64,000 nucleotides of DNA from NCBI GenBank assembly GCA_040755455.1, contig JBFMAY010000001.1, positions 96,001 through 160,000 on the forward strand, in the 5' to 3' direction. The notes below the pieces were generated by a model. That model saw only the letters and a list, made by a program, of their open reading frames with translations, was not told the origin of the DNA and ran no database searches. The position numbers and the translations under genes were made by a program. How positions within the stretch are numbered: the stretch's first letter is position 1; every line of letters starts with the position of its first letter. Of this stretch, positions 50,598-64,000 are shown in pieces. Origin of the DNA: Thermodesulfobacteriota bacterium (lineage in GTDB: Bacteria; Desulfobacterota; Desulfobulbia; Desulfobulbales; SURF-16).

Positions 50598-53500
50598 GGA
50601 TCAAACGGCTCGAACTGAAGGCCTTTGGACCTTTCACGGACCGGACCCTGGAGTTTCATGGCGAAAGATTTGGTCTGCATGTCATCTATGGTCCCAATGA
50701 GGCGGGCAAAAGCAGTTGCCTGCGCGCCCTGAAGGCCTTGCTCTACGGCTTTCCGGAAAGGACGGCGGACGGGTTCCATCATCCCAATGAAAATCTGCTG
50801 CTTGCCGGCGGACTGCTGACCGATGACGGCCGGGAGATTTTCTTTCAGCGCCGCAAGAAAAGAAAGGCGGATATCCTGGATGCGGCGGGCAATCCGCTGG
50901 CCGATGGCGCCCTGGCCGGCTTTCTCCCCGTCAAAGACCAGGGGCTGTTTGAGTCCCTGTACGGCATTGATCATGCCGTGCTGGTGCAGGGCGGGGAGGA
51001 TATCCTGGCCCAGAAGGGCGAGGTCGGACAGGCCCTTTTTGCCGCGGGCTCCGGCATCTCCTCCCTGCGTTCCATTCTCGATGACCTTGAGGCGGAGGCT
51101 GAAGAGCTGTTCAAGGCTCGGGGATCAAAGCAGCAGCTCAATACGGCCATAGCCGAGTACCGGGACCTGCAGAGGACGGTCAAGCAGGCCAGCCTTTCCA
51201 GCCGGCAGTGGCAGGAGCACCAGCACAAGCTCGACCAGGCGGTCAAGGAACGGCAGCGGCTGCAGGATGAGCGCGAGGCAAAACAGCAGCAGGTGTATCA
51301 TCTGGAGCGGTTAAAACGGGCCATTCCTTTTCTTGCCAGGAGGGTGGAGCTTACGCAGCGGCTGCAGGAGCTGGGTGAGGTAAAGCTGTTGCCTCTCGAT
51401 CTTGCCGACAAGAAGCGGGAGGTGGAACAGCAGCTCCGCGAAGCAGAGCTGCAGCGGCGCAAGGACTGCGGCAGTCTGGAAGTCCTCCGCCGGAAAAAGG
51501 AGGGGGTGGCGCTTAATCAGATGCTGCTTGAGCACGCCGGGGCCATTGCTGATCTGCACCAGCGCCTGGGCGAATACCGCAAGGGGGCGCGGGACCGGAT
51601 AAGACTTGCGGGAATGCGGACCAGCGACCGCATGGAGGCGGCGGAGCTGCTGAAGCGCATCCGGCCGGACCTGCCGCTGGCGGATGTCGAGTTGCTGCGG
51701 CCGGTGCTGCTCAGGAAAAAAACAATCCAGGAGCTGATCAACAGTCACCATACCCTGGAGCTGCAGGTAAGCCAGGCCGCGAAATATGCCGGGGAGGCAA
51801 AACGGCAGCTCGAGGCCGTTGCCGCAGCCCTGGCCAAACTGCCGGCGGCTAAGGATGCCGGCGCCCTGGCCCAGGCGGTGAAAGCAGCCGGCAAGGCCGG
51901 GGCCATCGATGCCGAGATCAAGGCGAAAATCCGTGAGATTGCAAGTGACAGCAAGGGGTGCGCGGCGGATCTCACCCGGCTGGGCCGCTGGACCGGTGAG
52001 CTGCAGCGGATTGTTGATCTGCCCCTGCCCCTGCCGGAGACGGTCAAGGGCTTTGCTGGCCGTTATCAGGAGCTGGAAGAGGCCGGGCGGCAGCTGGTCA
52101 AGGAGAACCGGGAGACAGACCGGGAGTTGCGCCAGGCGGCAGCCGACAGGAAAAGGATTGAATACGGCGGGGAGGTGCCCACCGAAGAGGAGCTTGCCCG
52201 GGTACGCGGCAAGCGGGACCATGGTTGGGGGTTGCTGCGCCGGAAGTGGCTGGCGGGAGAAGAGGTGGACCGGCAAAGTCTGGAGTATGACCCGCTGCTC
52301 GCTTTGCCGGACGCCTATGAAAAATATGTGTCTGACGCCGATACGCTTGCCGACCGCCTGCGCCGTGAGGCGGACCGGGCGGCCGCTTTTGCCGCCGTCA
52401 GGGCCCGGCTGGAGAGTCTTGCGGCGGCTAGGCAGGAGCTCGACCGCCGGCAGGAGGAACTTGCCGGGCAGCGGCGGGACTTGGCCACTGCCTGGCGGGA
52501 GATCTGGCGGCCAAGCGGAGTCGAACCTCTTTCACCCGCGGAAATGGCCGACTGGCTCAATGAGGTGACGGTCATTCGCGCCAGGGTGAAGGAGATCGGC
52601 AAAAAGCAGCAGGAGGTTGACGAAAAAAAAGAGCTGCGACAGAGTCTGCAACAAGGCCTGATCACCGAGCTGCAGCAGCTGGGTGTGGCCACGGATTTCA
52701 CCTCGGATGAGCTGGAGCCGGTCATCATTTTCAGTGAAACGGTGGTGGCGCAACATACGGCAAATCAGGCCGGACGAGAAAGGCTTTACGAGAAGAAACA
52801 GGAGGTTGCGGAGAGCCTGGACAGGAGCGGCATTGATCTGGCGGCGGCCCGACAGGCCTTAACGGAGTGGCGGGACGCATGGCGGGAGGCCGTGCAGGGC
52901 TTGGCGGCAGCCGGCGGCGGGGTGGAGCCGGCTGATGCCAGCGCGATGCTTGATGACCTGCAGGGTTGCTTTGCCAAGCTCAAGGAAGCCGAAGGATACC
53001 GCCAGCGCATCACCGGAATTGACCGGGATGCCGGGCAATATGAGCAGGAGGTGCGAAGTCTCCTGCAGCGTGTGGCCCCAGAGCTGGGCGAGGCCCAGCT
53101 GGAACAGGCGGTGACCAGGCTGCAGGCCATGCTGGGCAAGGCAAACGAGGATAAGGCCCTGCTGGCCAAATATGCGGAGGACATGGAAGGCCTGGAAGGG
53201 GAAATCCGCCGTGGCGAAGAAACCCTGCAAAGCCTGCATGGCCAGATGGATGGTTTCTTCAGGCTGGCCGGCTGTCAGGACAGCGTCGCGCTTGACGCGG
53301 CGATTTACCAGTCGGCCGAGTGGCGCGAGATCAAGAAGATGCTCGTTGAGGTCGAGACAACCCTGGCCGGGATTGGCGAGGGACTTGCCCTGGCGGAAAT
53401 CGTCCGGCAGGCGCACGGTCTGCAGCCGGCCGAGCTGCCGGGGCAGATCGACGCCATCAAAAGAGAGATCAGGGAAGAGCTGAGTCCGCGGATTGATGAG

Positions 53501-54103
53501 CTTTTCGAGGTAATCGGCCGGGAAAAAAACGAACTGGGGAAAATGGACGGCAGCTCCCCTGCCGCCGAGGCCGCGGAGAACTCCGAGCAGGTGCTGGCCA
53601 GGATCCGGCGGCTGGCTGACCGCTATGTGCGGTTAAAGCTTGCGGCAGGGCTGCTGCAGCAGGAAATCGAGCGATACCGGGAGGAGCATCAGGACCCGAT
53701 CCTCAAGCTTGCCGCAGGCTATTTCCGGCAATTGACCATGGGCTCTTTTACCGGCCTGCGCCCCGATATCGCTGACAACGGCCAGCCTGTGCTTGCCGGC
53801 CTGCGCTCTGAAGGGGCGCCGGTGGTCTATGTGCAGGGCATGAGTTCCGGCACCCGTGATCAGCTCTATCTTGCCCTGCGGCTGGCCACCCTGGAATGGC
53901 GCCTGCAAGACGGGGAAACGATGCCCTTTATCGTTGATGACATTCTCATCAATTTTGATGACGAGCGGGTGAAGGCGACCATCAAGGTATTGGCCGGCCT
54001 GGCGGAAAAAACCCAGGTGATTCTCTTCACCCACCACCGGCAGGTGGTGGAGGATGCCCGGGGACTGGCGGGCAAAGCGCACATCCAGATCCATGAGCTG
54101 TAA
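50594..54103 (+). CDS. Rad50/SbcC-like coiled-coil ABC ATPase (YhaN family)
   Basis: Walker A GPNEAGKS, long coiled coil, MSSGTRDQLYLALRL, FIVDDILINFDDER, FTHH. Confidence 0.92.
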   Translation: MRIKRLELKAFGPFTDRTLEFHGERFGLHVIYGPNEAGKSSCLRALKALLYGFPERTADGFHHPNENLLLAGGLLTDDGREIFFQRRKKRKADILDAAGNPLADGALAGFLPVKDQGLFESLYGIDHAVLVQGGEDILAQKGEVGQALFAAGSGISSLRSILDDLEAEAEELFKARGSKQQLNTAIAEYRDLQRTVKQASLSSRQWQEHQHKLDQAVKERQRLQDEREAKQQQVYHLERLKRAIPFLARRVELTQRLQELGEVKLLPLDLADKKREVEQQLREAELQRRKDCGSLEVLRRKKEGVALNQMLLEHAGAIADLHQRLGEYRKGARDRIRLAGMRTSDRMEAAELLKRIRPDLPLADVELLRPVLLRKKTIQELINSHHTLELQVSQAAKYAGEAKRQLEAVAAALAKLPAAKDAGALAQAVKAAGKAGAIDAEIKAKIREIASDSKGCAADLTRLGRWTGELQRIVDLPLPLPETVKGFAGRYQELEEAGRQLVKENRETDRELRQAAADRKRIEYGGEVPTEEELARVRGKRDHGWGLLRRKWLAGEEVDRQSLEYDPLLALPDAYEKYVSDADTLADRLRREADRAAAFAAVRARLESLAAARQELDRRQEELAGQRRDLATAWREIWRPSGVEPLSPAEMADWLNEVTVIRARVKEIGKKQQEVDEKKELRQSLQQGLITELQQLGVATDFTSDELEPVIIFSETVVAQHTANQAGRERLYEKKQEVAESLDRSGIDLAAARQALTEWRDAWREAVQGLAAAGGGVEPADASAMLDDLQGCFAKLKEAEGYRQRITGIDRDAGQYEQEVRSLLQRVAPELGEAQLEQAVTRLQAMLGKANEDKALLAKYAEDMEGLEGEIRRGEETLQSLHGQMDGFFRLAGCQDSVALDAAIYQSAEWREIKKMLVEVETTLAGIGEGLALAEIVRQAHGLQPAELPGQIDAIKREIREELSPRIDELFEVIGREKNELGKMDGSSPAAEAAENSEQVLARIRRLADRYVRLKLAAGLLQQEIERYREEHQDPILKLAAGYFRQLTMGSFTGLRPDIADNGQPVLAGLRSEGAPVVYVQGMSSGTRDQLYLALRLATLEWRLQDGETMPFIVDDILINFDDERVKATIKVLAGLAEKTQVILFTHHRQVVEDARGLAGKAHIQIHEL

Positions 54104-54124
54104 CGGAGCGCGGGCGCCAGCCGG

Positions 54125-56095
54125 TTAGCGCGCCCTCTGCTTTTTCTGCTGTTTGCATTCGTACATCAGGTTGTCCGCCCTGTTCATCAATTCTTCAATG
54201 GTGCTCGGCTGTTCAGGATCAAAGCGGACCACGCCGATGCTCATCGACAGCTCATAGCTCCGCTGCCCCGTGTTGTTTCTGGTCTGCATGTTCGTTTCAA
54301 GACGGTGCATGACGCTTTTTTCGTCAGCCGGGTCAATGAGCAGCACGGCGAATTCGTCGCCGCCCAGCCTGGCGATGGTGTCCGAGTCCCTGAAGGTGGA
54401 GCGGAGGAGATCGGCGGTCTCCATCAGCACCTGATCACCGGCGTGGTGTCCCAGGTGGTCATTGACCCATTTCAGATTGTCCACATCGGCATACATCAGG
54501 AAAACATTTCCTTCCTGGCGCTTTGCCATCTGCAGCTGCTTGGTGGCCATGGTCATGAACCCGCGCCGGTTGAGCAGGGAGGTCAGCTCATCGGTGATGG
54601 CTATCTCCCGCAGTTTGGCCTCGCTCTGCCGCAGGGCTGTTTCTATTTTTTTGCGTCTGGAGATATTGATGGCCAGACAGACAATGCCGTAAATCTCGCC
54701 CTGGCTGTTCTTCATCGGCGAGGCGCTGAAATGGACCGGGATTTCCCGGCCCCATTTCGTCAGGTAGATCAGCTCGCATTCCCTGAGAATTTCCCCTTCA
54801 TTGAGGTTGCTGAACGGGCAGGCGTCGGCTTCATCCTTTTTGAGGATGAACGCCAGAGGTTTGCCGGTCAACTCATGCTTTTCGTAACCGAGCATGGCGA
54901 TGGTGGAGTTGTTGATCGTCTCGATCCTGCCGGTCGGGCCGAGGACAATGAGGCTCTCCTGCATGGAACTGAGAATGGTGTTGAAATAATCCCGGGAAAT
55001 GGTGGTCTCCTGCAGATTCCTGGTCATGGTATTGAAGGAACCGATCAGTTTGCCGATCTCGTCTTGTGACTTGATGTCGATGATTTCGCTGAGATTTCCC
55101 TGGGAAATGGCCTTTGCCGCCTGGGTGAGCCTGGCCAGCGGCATGGTGATGCCGTTTGACAGGATGTAGGAGAGAAAACTTGCCAGGGCAAAGAAGATGA
55201 CAAAAAGGATGATAAAGCCGATGCGCAGCTGCTGCACCTGCTGCATGAATTCCGCATGGGGCAGAACGGTCATGACCGTCCATTGCAGCTCCGGAATGAA
55301 GGTTGCGGCGACCAGGGAATCTCTACCCCGTACAGTGGTGCGCTGAAAGGCCGGCATACGGTCCGGCTCCCGGAGAGCGGAAAAGGCGTCCGAGGCCTTT
55401 TCCGCCTCTGTCCGGCTGAAGTTGATCTGCATTGCCGAGGCGTCGGACGATGGAGGACTAATGGTGATGATATTGCCGATTCCGTCAATGAGCAGGAGAT
55501 AACCAGCGGCGCTGAACTTGATATCAGCCAGGCTTTCGGCAATTTTCCGGTAGGGCAGGGTGCCAAGAAGCAGTCCGGCGAATCTGTCCTCAAAATACTG
55601 GTGCCTGGCAATGGCCAGCTGCAGCACCGGCTCCTCGGACTGCGTCGTTGGCCCATCCTGGAAGATGAGGACCTTGTTCGGGTGGGCCAGGCTTTTGGTG
55701 AAAAAAGGCTGGCCGCTGTAATCAGCTTCATTCTGGGAAATCTCGCCGTCGGTAACCCGCAGCTCTTCGCTACCCTGTTCGTTGATGAAGCTGAGCGTGG
55801 AAAAATTGCCGTGAAATTCGGCCAGATAGGAGGAAAGGGCGGCTTCCCGGTAGTTGATGGAATAATTGATCACCTCCTGCCCGCCTGAGATGCGCTCCAG
55901 AAGATCGACCTTGGTTTTGAGATAGATGTTGACGGTTTGCACGGCGTGCCGGGTAATGAATTCAAGGTTTTGTTTCTGACTCTTTTCCAGGGTGGTAATC
56001 AGGTAAAAATAGGAAACATAGGCCAGCAGAAGGTTAGTAAGCAAAATAATCCCGCTGTGCGAGAGCAGAAGGGTTATTTTCAGCGAACGAAACAT
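54125..56095 (-). CDS. Membrane diguanylate cyclase (Cache-HAMP-PAS-GGDEF)
   Basis: DELTSLLNRRG, NDHLGHHAGD, RDSD I-site, RLGGDEF. Confidence 0.93.
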   Translation of the reverse strand: MFRSLKITLLLSHSGIILLTNLLLAYVSYFYLITTLEKSQKQNLEFITRHAVQTVNIYLKTKVDLLERISGGQEVINYSINYREAALSSYLAEFHGNFSTLSFINEQGSEELRVTDGEISQNEADYSGQPFFTKSLAHPNKVLIFQDGPTTQSEEPVLQLAIARHQYFEDRFAGLLLGTLPYRKIAESLADIKFSAAGYLLLIDGIGNIITISPPSSDASAMQINFSRTEAEKASDAFSALREPDRMPAFQRTTVRGRDSLVAATFIPELQWTVMTVLPHAEFMQQVQQLRIGFIILFVIFFALASFLSYILSNGITMPLARLTQAAKAISQGNLSEIIDIKSQDEIGKLIGSFNTMTRNLQETTISRDYFNTILSSMQESLIVLGPTGRIETINNSTIAMLGYEKHELTGKPLAFILKKDEADACPFSNLNEGEILRECELIYLTKWGREIPVHFSASPMKNSQGEIYGIVCLAINISRRKKIETALRQSEAKLREIAITDELTSLLNRRGFMTMATKQLQMAKRQEGNVFLMYADVDNLKWVNDHLGHHAGDQVLMETADLLRSTFRDSDTIARLGGDEFAVLLIDPADEKSVMHRLETNMQTRNNTGQRSYELSMSIGVVRFDPEQPSTIEELMNRADNLMYECKQQKKQRAR

Positions 56096-56201
56096 AATAG
56101 ACCTTATAAACCTTGAGCCCCGGGAAACGGGACGGGGAAATCAGCAGCACAATCCCTGGGCCGGCTGCCGTGCCTTGCTTTTGCGAGACCTGCCAGCATG
56201 T

Positions 56202-57131
56202 CTACCGCCTTTTCAGGGCTGAAAAGGCGCCATGGTCGGCCATGATCTTCTCCGCCGCCGGGCTGTAAAGAAAATCGATAAAGTTTTTCACCTGCCGGCC
56301 CGGCTCGTCTTTCCATACCAGACCGAGCGGGATAACGAGCCGGTAGGCCCCCTGTGTCACGTTTTCCCGGTTCGGGGAAAGCTGGTCAAGCTGCAGCACA
56401 ACAATGTTCGGCTGGTTTTCGGCCTCGGCCAGGCACGAGTAGCCGATGGTGTATTTGTATCTGTTGATCGCGGCGATGTTTTCCGGCGTGGTGTAGAGGA
56501 TCTGTCCCACCGGTTTGTCGATGCCGTTGAATGCCGGTATGTGCTTTTCGATAATGGTGCGGGATGAATCCCCCTTTTCCCGGTTGGCCACGTAAATTTT
56601 TTCAGGGGGCCCGCCCAGTTCGCTCCAGCGGGTGATGGCGCCTGAAAAGATGCCGGCCGCCTGCTGCCCGGTGATGCTGGTGACACCCGTCACGCTGCTG
56701 TTGACCAGGAAAACCACCGGTGAATCGGCAAAAAGCAGGTAGGAAAGGTTGAGTGCCTTCTCCTGTTCCTTCAACGGACGGGCCACCCGGCCCAGGTCAC
56801 ATTTGCCGGCTGCCGTGGCTTTGATGCCGCCGCTGCTTCCGATGGAGTCCTGCACGTCAATGCTTACGTCCGGATGGGACTGTTCATAGCTGGCGGCCAG
56901 ATGACGCAGCAGATTCTGGCTGTCGCCGGAGCCGCAGATGATGATTGTCTGTTTGGCCGGATTGGGGGAAACCGTCTGCACTGTTTGTTCAGGATTGCTG
57001 TCCGCCTGCAGTGCCGTGACGGGGCGGTCCTCTGCGTAATTTGCGGCGCTGCCGTAATGAGCGGCCGCACTGTTGATTGCGGTGCCCAGCAAGAGGAGCA
57101 GACCGGCCACAGGTAGCAATGTCTTTTTCAT
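56202..57131 (-). CDS. PstS-like periplasmic substrate-binding protein
   Basis: Signal peptide, GSGD, GSSGGIKA, ARPLK, ITRWSELGG, REKGDSSR. Confidence 0.85.
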   Translation of the reverse strand: MKKTLLPVAGLLLLLGTAINSAAAHYGSAANYAEDRPVTALQADSNPEQTVQTVSPNPAKQTIIICGSGDSQNLLRHLAASYEQSHPDVSIDVQDSIGSSGGIKATAAGKCDLGRVARPLKEQEKALNLSYLLFADSPVVFLVNSSVTGVTSITGQQAAGIFSGAITRWSELGGPPEKIYVANREKGDSSRTIIEKHIPAFNGIDKPVGQILYTTPENIAAINRYKYTIGYSCLAEAENQPNIVVLQLDQLSPNRENVTQGAYRLVIPLGLVWKDEPGRQVKNFIDFLYSPAAEKIMADHGAFSALKRR

Positions 57132-57514
57132 GCTGATATTTCTCCGCTGGTGTGCTGAAGGGAAAATGGCTGACCAGCTATTCAATAACAAAGGCTATGT
57201 TTTTGTCAAGTAGGAGTGCAGAGGCGCATGGCCACCGGCAGGTTGTCATGCAAGAGATAAGATGGCCCATGCAGGCAAAATGTTTCACTTTAACTGGCAT
57301 AAGGGGCCGCAACGAAATGGTCAGCAGGGTAATGGTTATTTCGTAACAACCCCTTTGATCGTGTTCCGGAAAAAATCGACAATGTTTTCCGGTTTATGAT
57401 ATGATTTTCCATGTTTTGTATAGGTTGCTGACGGCTTGGTTTTTTGCCGGGCATTACTGTGAGAAAACAGTGGGATGCATCAAGGGAAGGGTTGCCACGT
57501 TGGCCGGTAAACGG

Positions 57515-62008
<4,494 letters not shown>

Positions 62009-62125
62009 CAGGCAGCGGGAACACAAGAGAGAATCCGTGGCCGGTGGAGGAGCTGCCTAAGCGCGGCCCTCTTCCCGGAGGGGCTTTGCCGGCCAGGGCA
62101 TGTTAAACCAAGCAGGGGAGACACC

Positions 62126-62752
62126 ATGCGTATCCTGATCGCTGAAGACGACTTGACGTCGCGGGTCATGCTGGCGGCTGTGTTAAAGAAAGGTGGCCAT
62201 GAGGTGGTGGAGACCACCAACGGCACGCAGGCCTGGGAGGCGCTGGGCAAACCCGATGCGCCGCGCCTGGCCATTCTCGACTGGATGATGCCCGGCCTGG
62301 ACGGGCTTGATGTCGTGCGCCGAATCCGCTCCCTGCCCTCCCTGCCGCCACCGTACATCATCATCCTGACCGCCAGGGAGGGGAAAACCGATGTCATCGC
62401 CGGTCTTGAAGCCGGGGCGGACGACTATCTGGCCAAACCCTTTGATCCGGGAGAACTCCTGGCCAGGGTTGCGGTCGGCCGGCGCATGATCCAGCTGCAG
62501 GAAAGATTGACGGACCAGGTGCGGGAACTGCGCGAGGCCGCCCGCCACATCAAAACCCTGCAGGGCATCATCCCTATCTGTTCGTTCTGCAAGAAGATCC
62601 GTGACGACCAGGGTTACTGGGACCAGGTCGAGGCCTATGTCAGCCGGCATTCCGAGGTCCAGTTCAGTCACGGCGTCTGTCCCGAGTGCCTGAAAAAAAA
62701 CTACCCCGATTGCTGTGAGGACGACGGTGACGGCGAGGGCGAGCTGGTATGA
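62126..62752 (+). CDS. Response regulator with C-terminal Cys/His-rich (putative Zn-binding) domain
   Basis: ILIAEDD, LDWMMP, KPF; IPICSFCKKIRDD...SHGVCPEC. Confidence 0.92.
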   Translation: MRILIAEDDLTSRVMLAAVLKKGGHEVVETTNGTQAWEALGKPDAPRLAILDWMMPGLDGLDVVRRIRSLPSLPPPYIIILTAREGKTDVIAGLEAGADDYLAKPFDPGELLARVAVGRRMIQLQERLTDQVRELREAARHIKTLQGIIPICSFCKKIRDDQGYWDQVEAYVSRHSEVQFSHGVCPECLKKNYPDCCEDDGDGEGELV

Positions 62753-64000
62753 TGAATAACACCACATCCACCAGACCGGCGGCCAGGGCCGTGGTGGTCA
62801 ATGACGACGTGAACCAGCTTAATGTGCTGTCCGGCCTGTTGCGCAGGGAAGGGATCGAGGTGCAACCATGGCAAAGCGCGGAGGCGGCCCTTGCCGCCAT
62901 GGACCGGCACCGGCCACCTGATCTCATCGTCACCGACCTCTACATGCCGGTGATTGACGGCTGGCGCTTCTGCCGTCTGCTCCGTTCGCCTGAATACCCA
63001 TCCTGCAACCACATCCCCATCCTGGTCATTTCAGCCACCTTTGCCGGCGACGAGGCCGCCCGCATCACCAGGGAGCTTGGCGCCAACGCCTTTCTGCCGG
63101 CACCGGTGGACGGCAAACAGTTCATTGAACAGGTGCGGGCGATTCTCGCCGGCCGGTTGTTGCGTCATATCCCCCGGGTGCTGCTTGTTGAGAACAGTCC
63201 CACCCTGGCGGGCCTCCTGCAGAAGGCCTTTGAGAGCCACGGCTACCTGGCCGATACGGCCAGCACCGCCCGGACGGCGGCCGCAGCGTTCGCCTGCGCC
63301 GCTTACGACGTGGCCGTGCTGGACTATCACCTGCCCGATGCGACGGGGGATTTGCTGCTCGCGGATTTCCGGGCCGGGCGGCCTGATTGCGTCTGCATCA
63401 TGATGACCACCGACCCGAGCCCCGAGCTGGCCCTGGCCTGGATGCGGCAGGGCGCGGCCGCCTATCTGCGCAAGCCCTTTGACCCTGCGTCCCTCATCGA
63501 ACTCTGCGCCATGGCCTGCCGGGAAAGAGCCCTGCTGCGGGTGGAAGATCTGCTGGAAAAAAGAAGCCGCGAACTGCGGGAGGCCGAATGCCGCTATCGC
63601 ACTCTCTTTGAGCAAAGTCCAGACGGGGTGGTGATTCTTCATCCGGGAACCGCCCAGCCGCTTGAATTCAACGAACAGGCCTGCCGGCAGCTCGGCTATT
63701 CCCGGGAAGAGTTCGCCCGCCTGCGCCTGTCGGACATCGAGGCGGCGGAAACGGCTGAAGAAAGTCAGGTCCGTATTGCCAACGTCATTCGCGAGGGGCA
63801 CGACGATTTCGATACCCTGCAGCGCACCAAACAGGGAGAGATCAGGCACGTCCACGTGACGGCCCAGCTGATTGATGTGGGGGGGCGGCCGGTCTACCAC
63901 TGCATCTGGCGGGACATCACCGAGCGCAAACGGGCGGCGGAAATGCTGCGGGAAAGCGAGACGCAGGTTCGGGCCAAGCTCGACGCCATCCTGTCCCCGG
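62749..64000 (+). CDS. REC-REC-PAS signalling protein, partial (runs off the window; absent from the ORF track)
   Basis: ATGA overlap with the previous gene; VVVNDD...TDLYMP; LLVENS...LDYHLP...KPF; LFEQSPDGV...WRDITERKR; no stop seen. Confidence 0.9.
   Translation, partial: MMNNTTSTRPAARAVVVNDDVNQLNVLSGLLRREGIEVQPWQSAEAALAAMDRHRPPDLIVTDLYMPVIDGWRFCRLLRSPEYPSCNHIPILVISATFAGDEAARITRELGANAFLPAPVDGKQFIEQVRAILAGRLLRHIPRVLLVENSPTLAGLLQKAFESHGYLADTASTARTAAAAFACAAYDVAVLDYHLPDATGDLLLADFRAGRPDCVCIMMTTDPSPELALAWMRQGAAAYLRKPFDPASLIELCAMACRERALLRVEDLLEKRSRELREAECRYRTLFEQSPDGVVILHPGTAQPLEFNEQACRQLGYSREEFARLRLSDIEAAETAEESQVRIANVIREGHDDFDTLQRTKQGEIRHVHVTAQLIDVGGRPVYHCIWRDITERKRAAEMLRESETQVRAKLDAILSP

Noticed and set aside
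56100..56200. GAGACCTGCC resembling the 3' end of a cobalamin riboswitch
   Set aside because: Wrong strand for the flanking genes, and the other conserved elements are missing.

Overview
Chromosomal, signal-transduction-rich region of a GC-rich bacterium. The gene families (sat/cysC-type kinase fragment, sigma-54 regulators, cytidylate-kinase-like/REC protein, many hybrid kinases) suggest Desulfobacterota, possibly Desulfobulbales; this is an inference. In order: a 5'-truncated adenylylsulfate kinase abutting a hairpin; a sigma-54-driven secreted Fn3/Ca-binding/repeat protein; an IS1634 remnant; a CpxRA-like pair divergent from a Spy/CpxP-like protein and a diheme cytochrome c; a tightly coupled V4R-V4R-PAS hybrid kinase operon; a TetR-regulated RND pump; an orphan lipoprotein; a sigma-54/two-component cluster containing a frameshifted receiver pseudogene; a YfiR-hybrid kinase-GGDEF/EAL module; split pqiA/letA plus 7-MCE letB; three more Hpt-bearing hybrid kinases; trkH-trkA; an output-less Cache-PAS sensor; a YhaO/YhaN (Mre11/Rad50-like) pair; a PstS-like protein coupled to a diguanylate cyclase; and a REC-REC-PAS gene cut by the window end. 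No rRNA, tRNA or CRISPR array was seen. The best candidate for an undescribed system is the tandem stand-alone V4R plus kinase operon (7826-10605). All calls come from motif reading by eye; no database searches were run.
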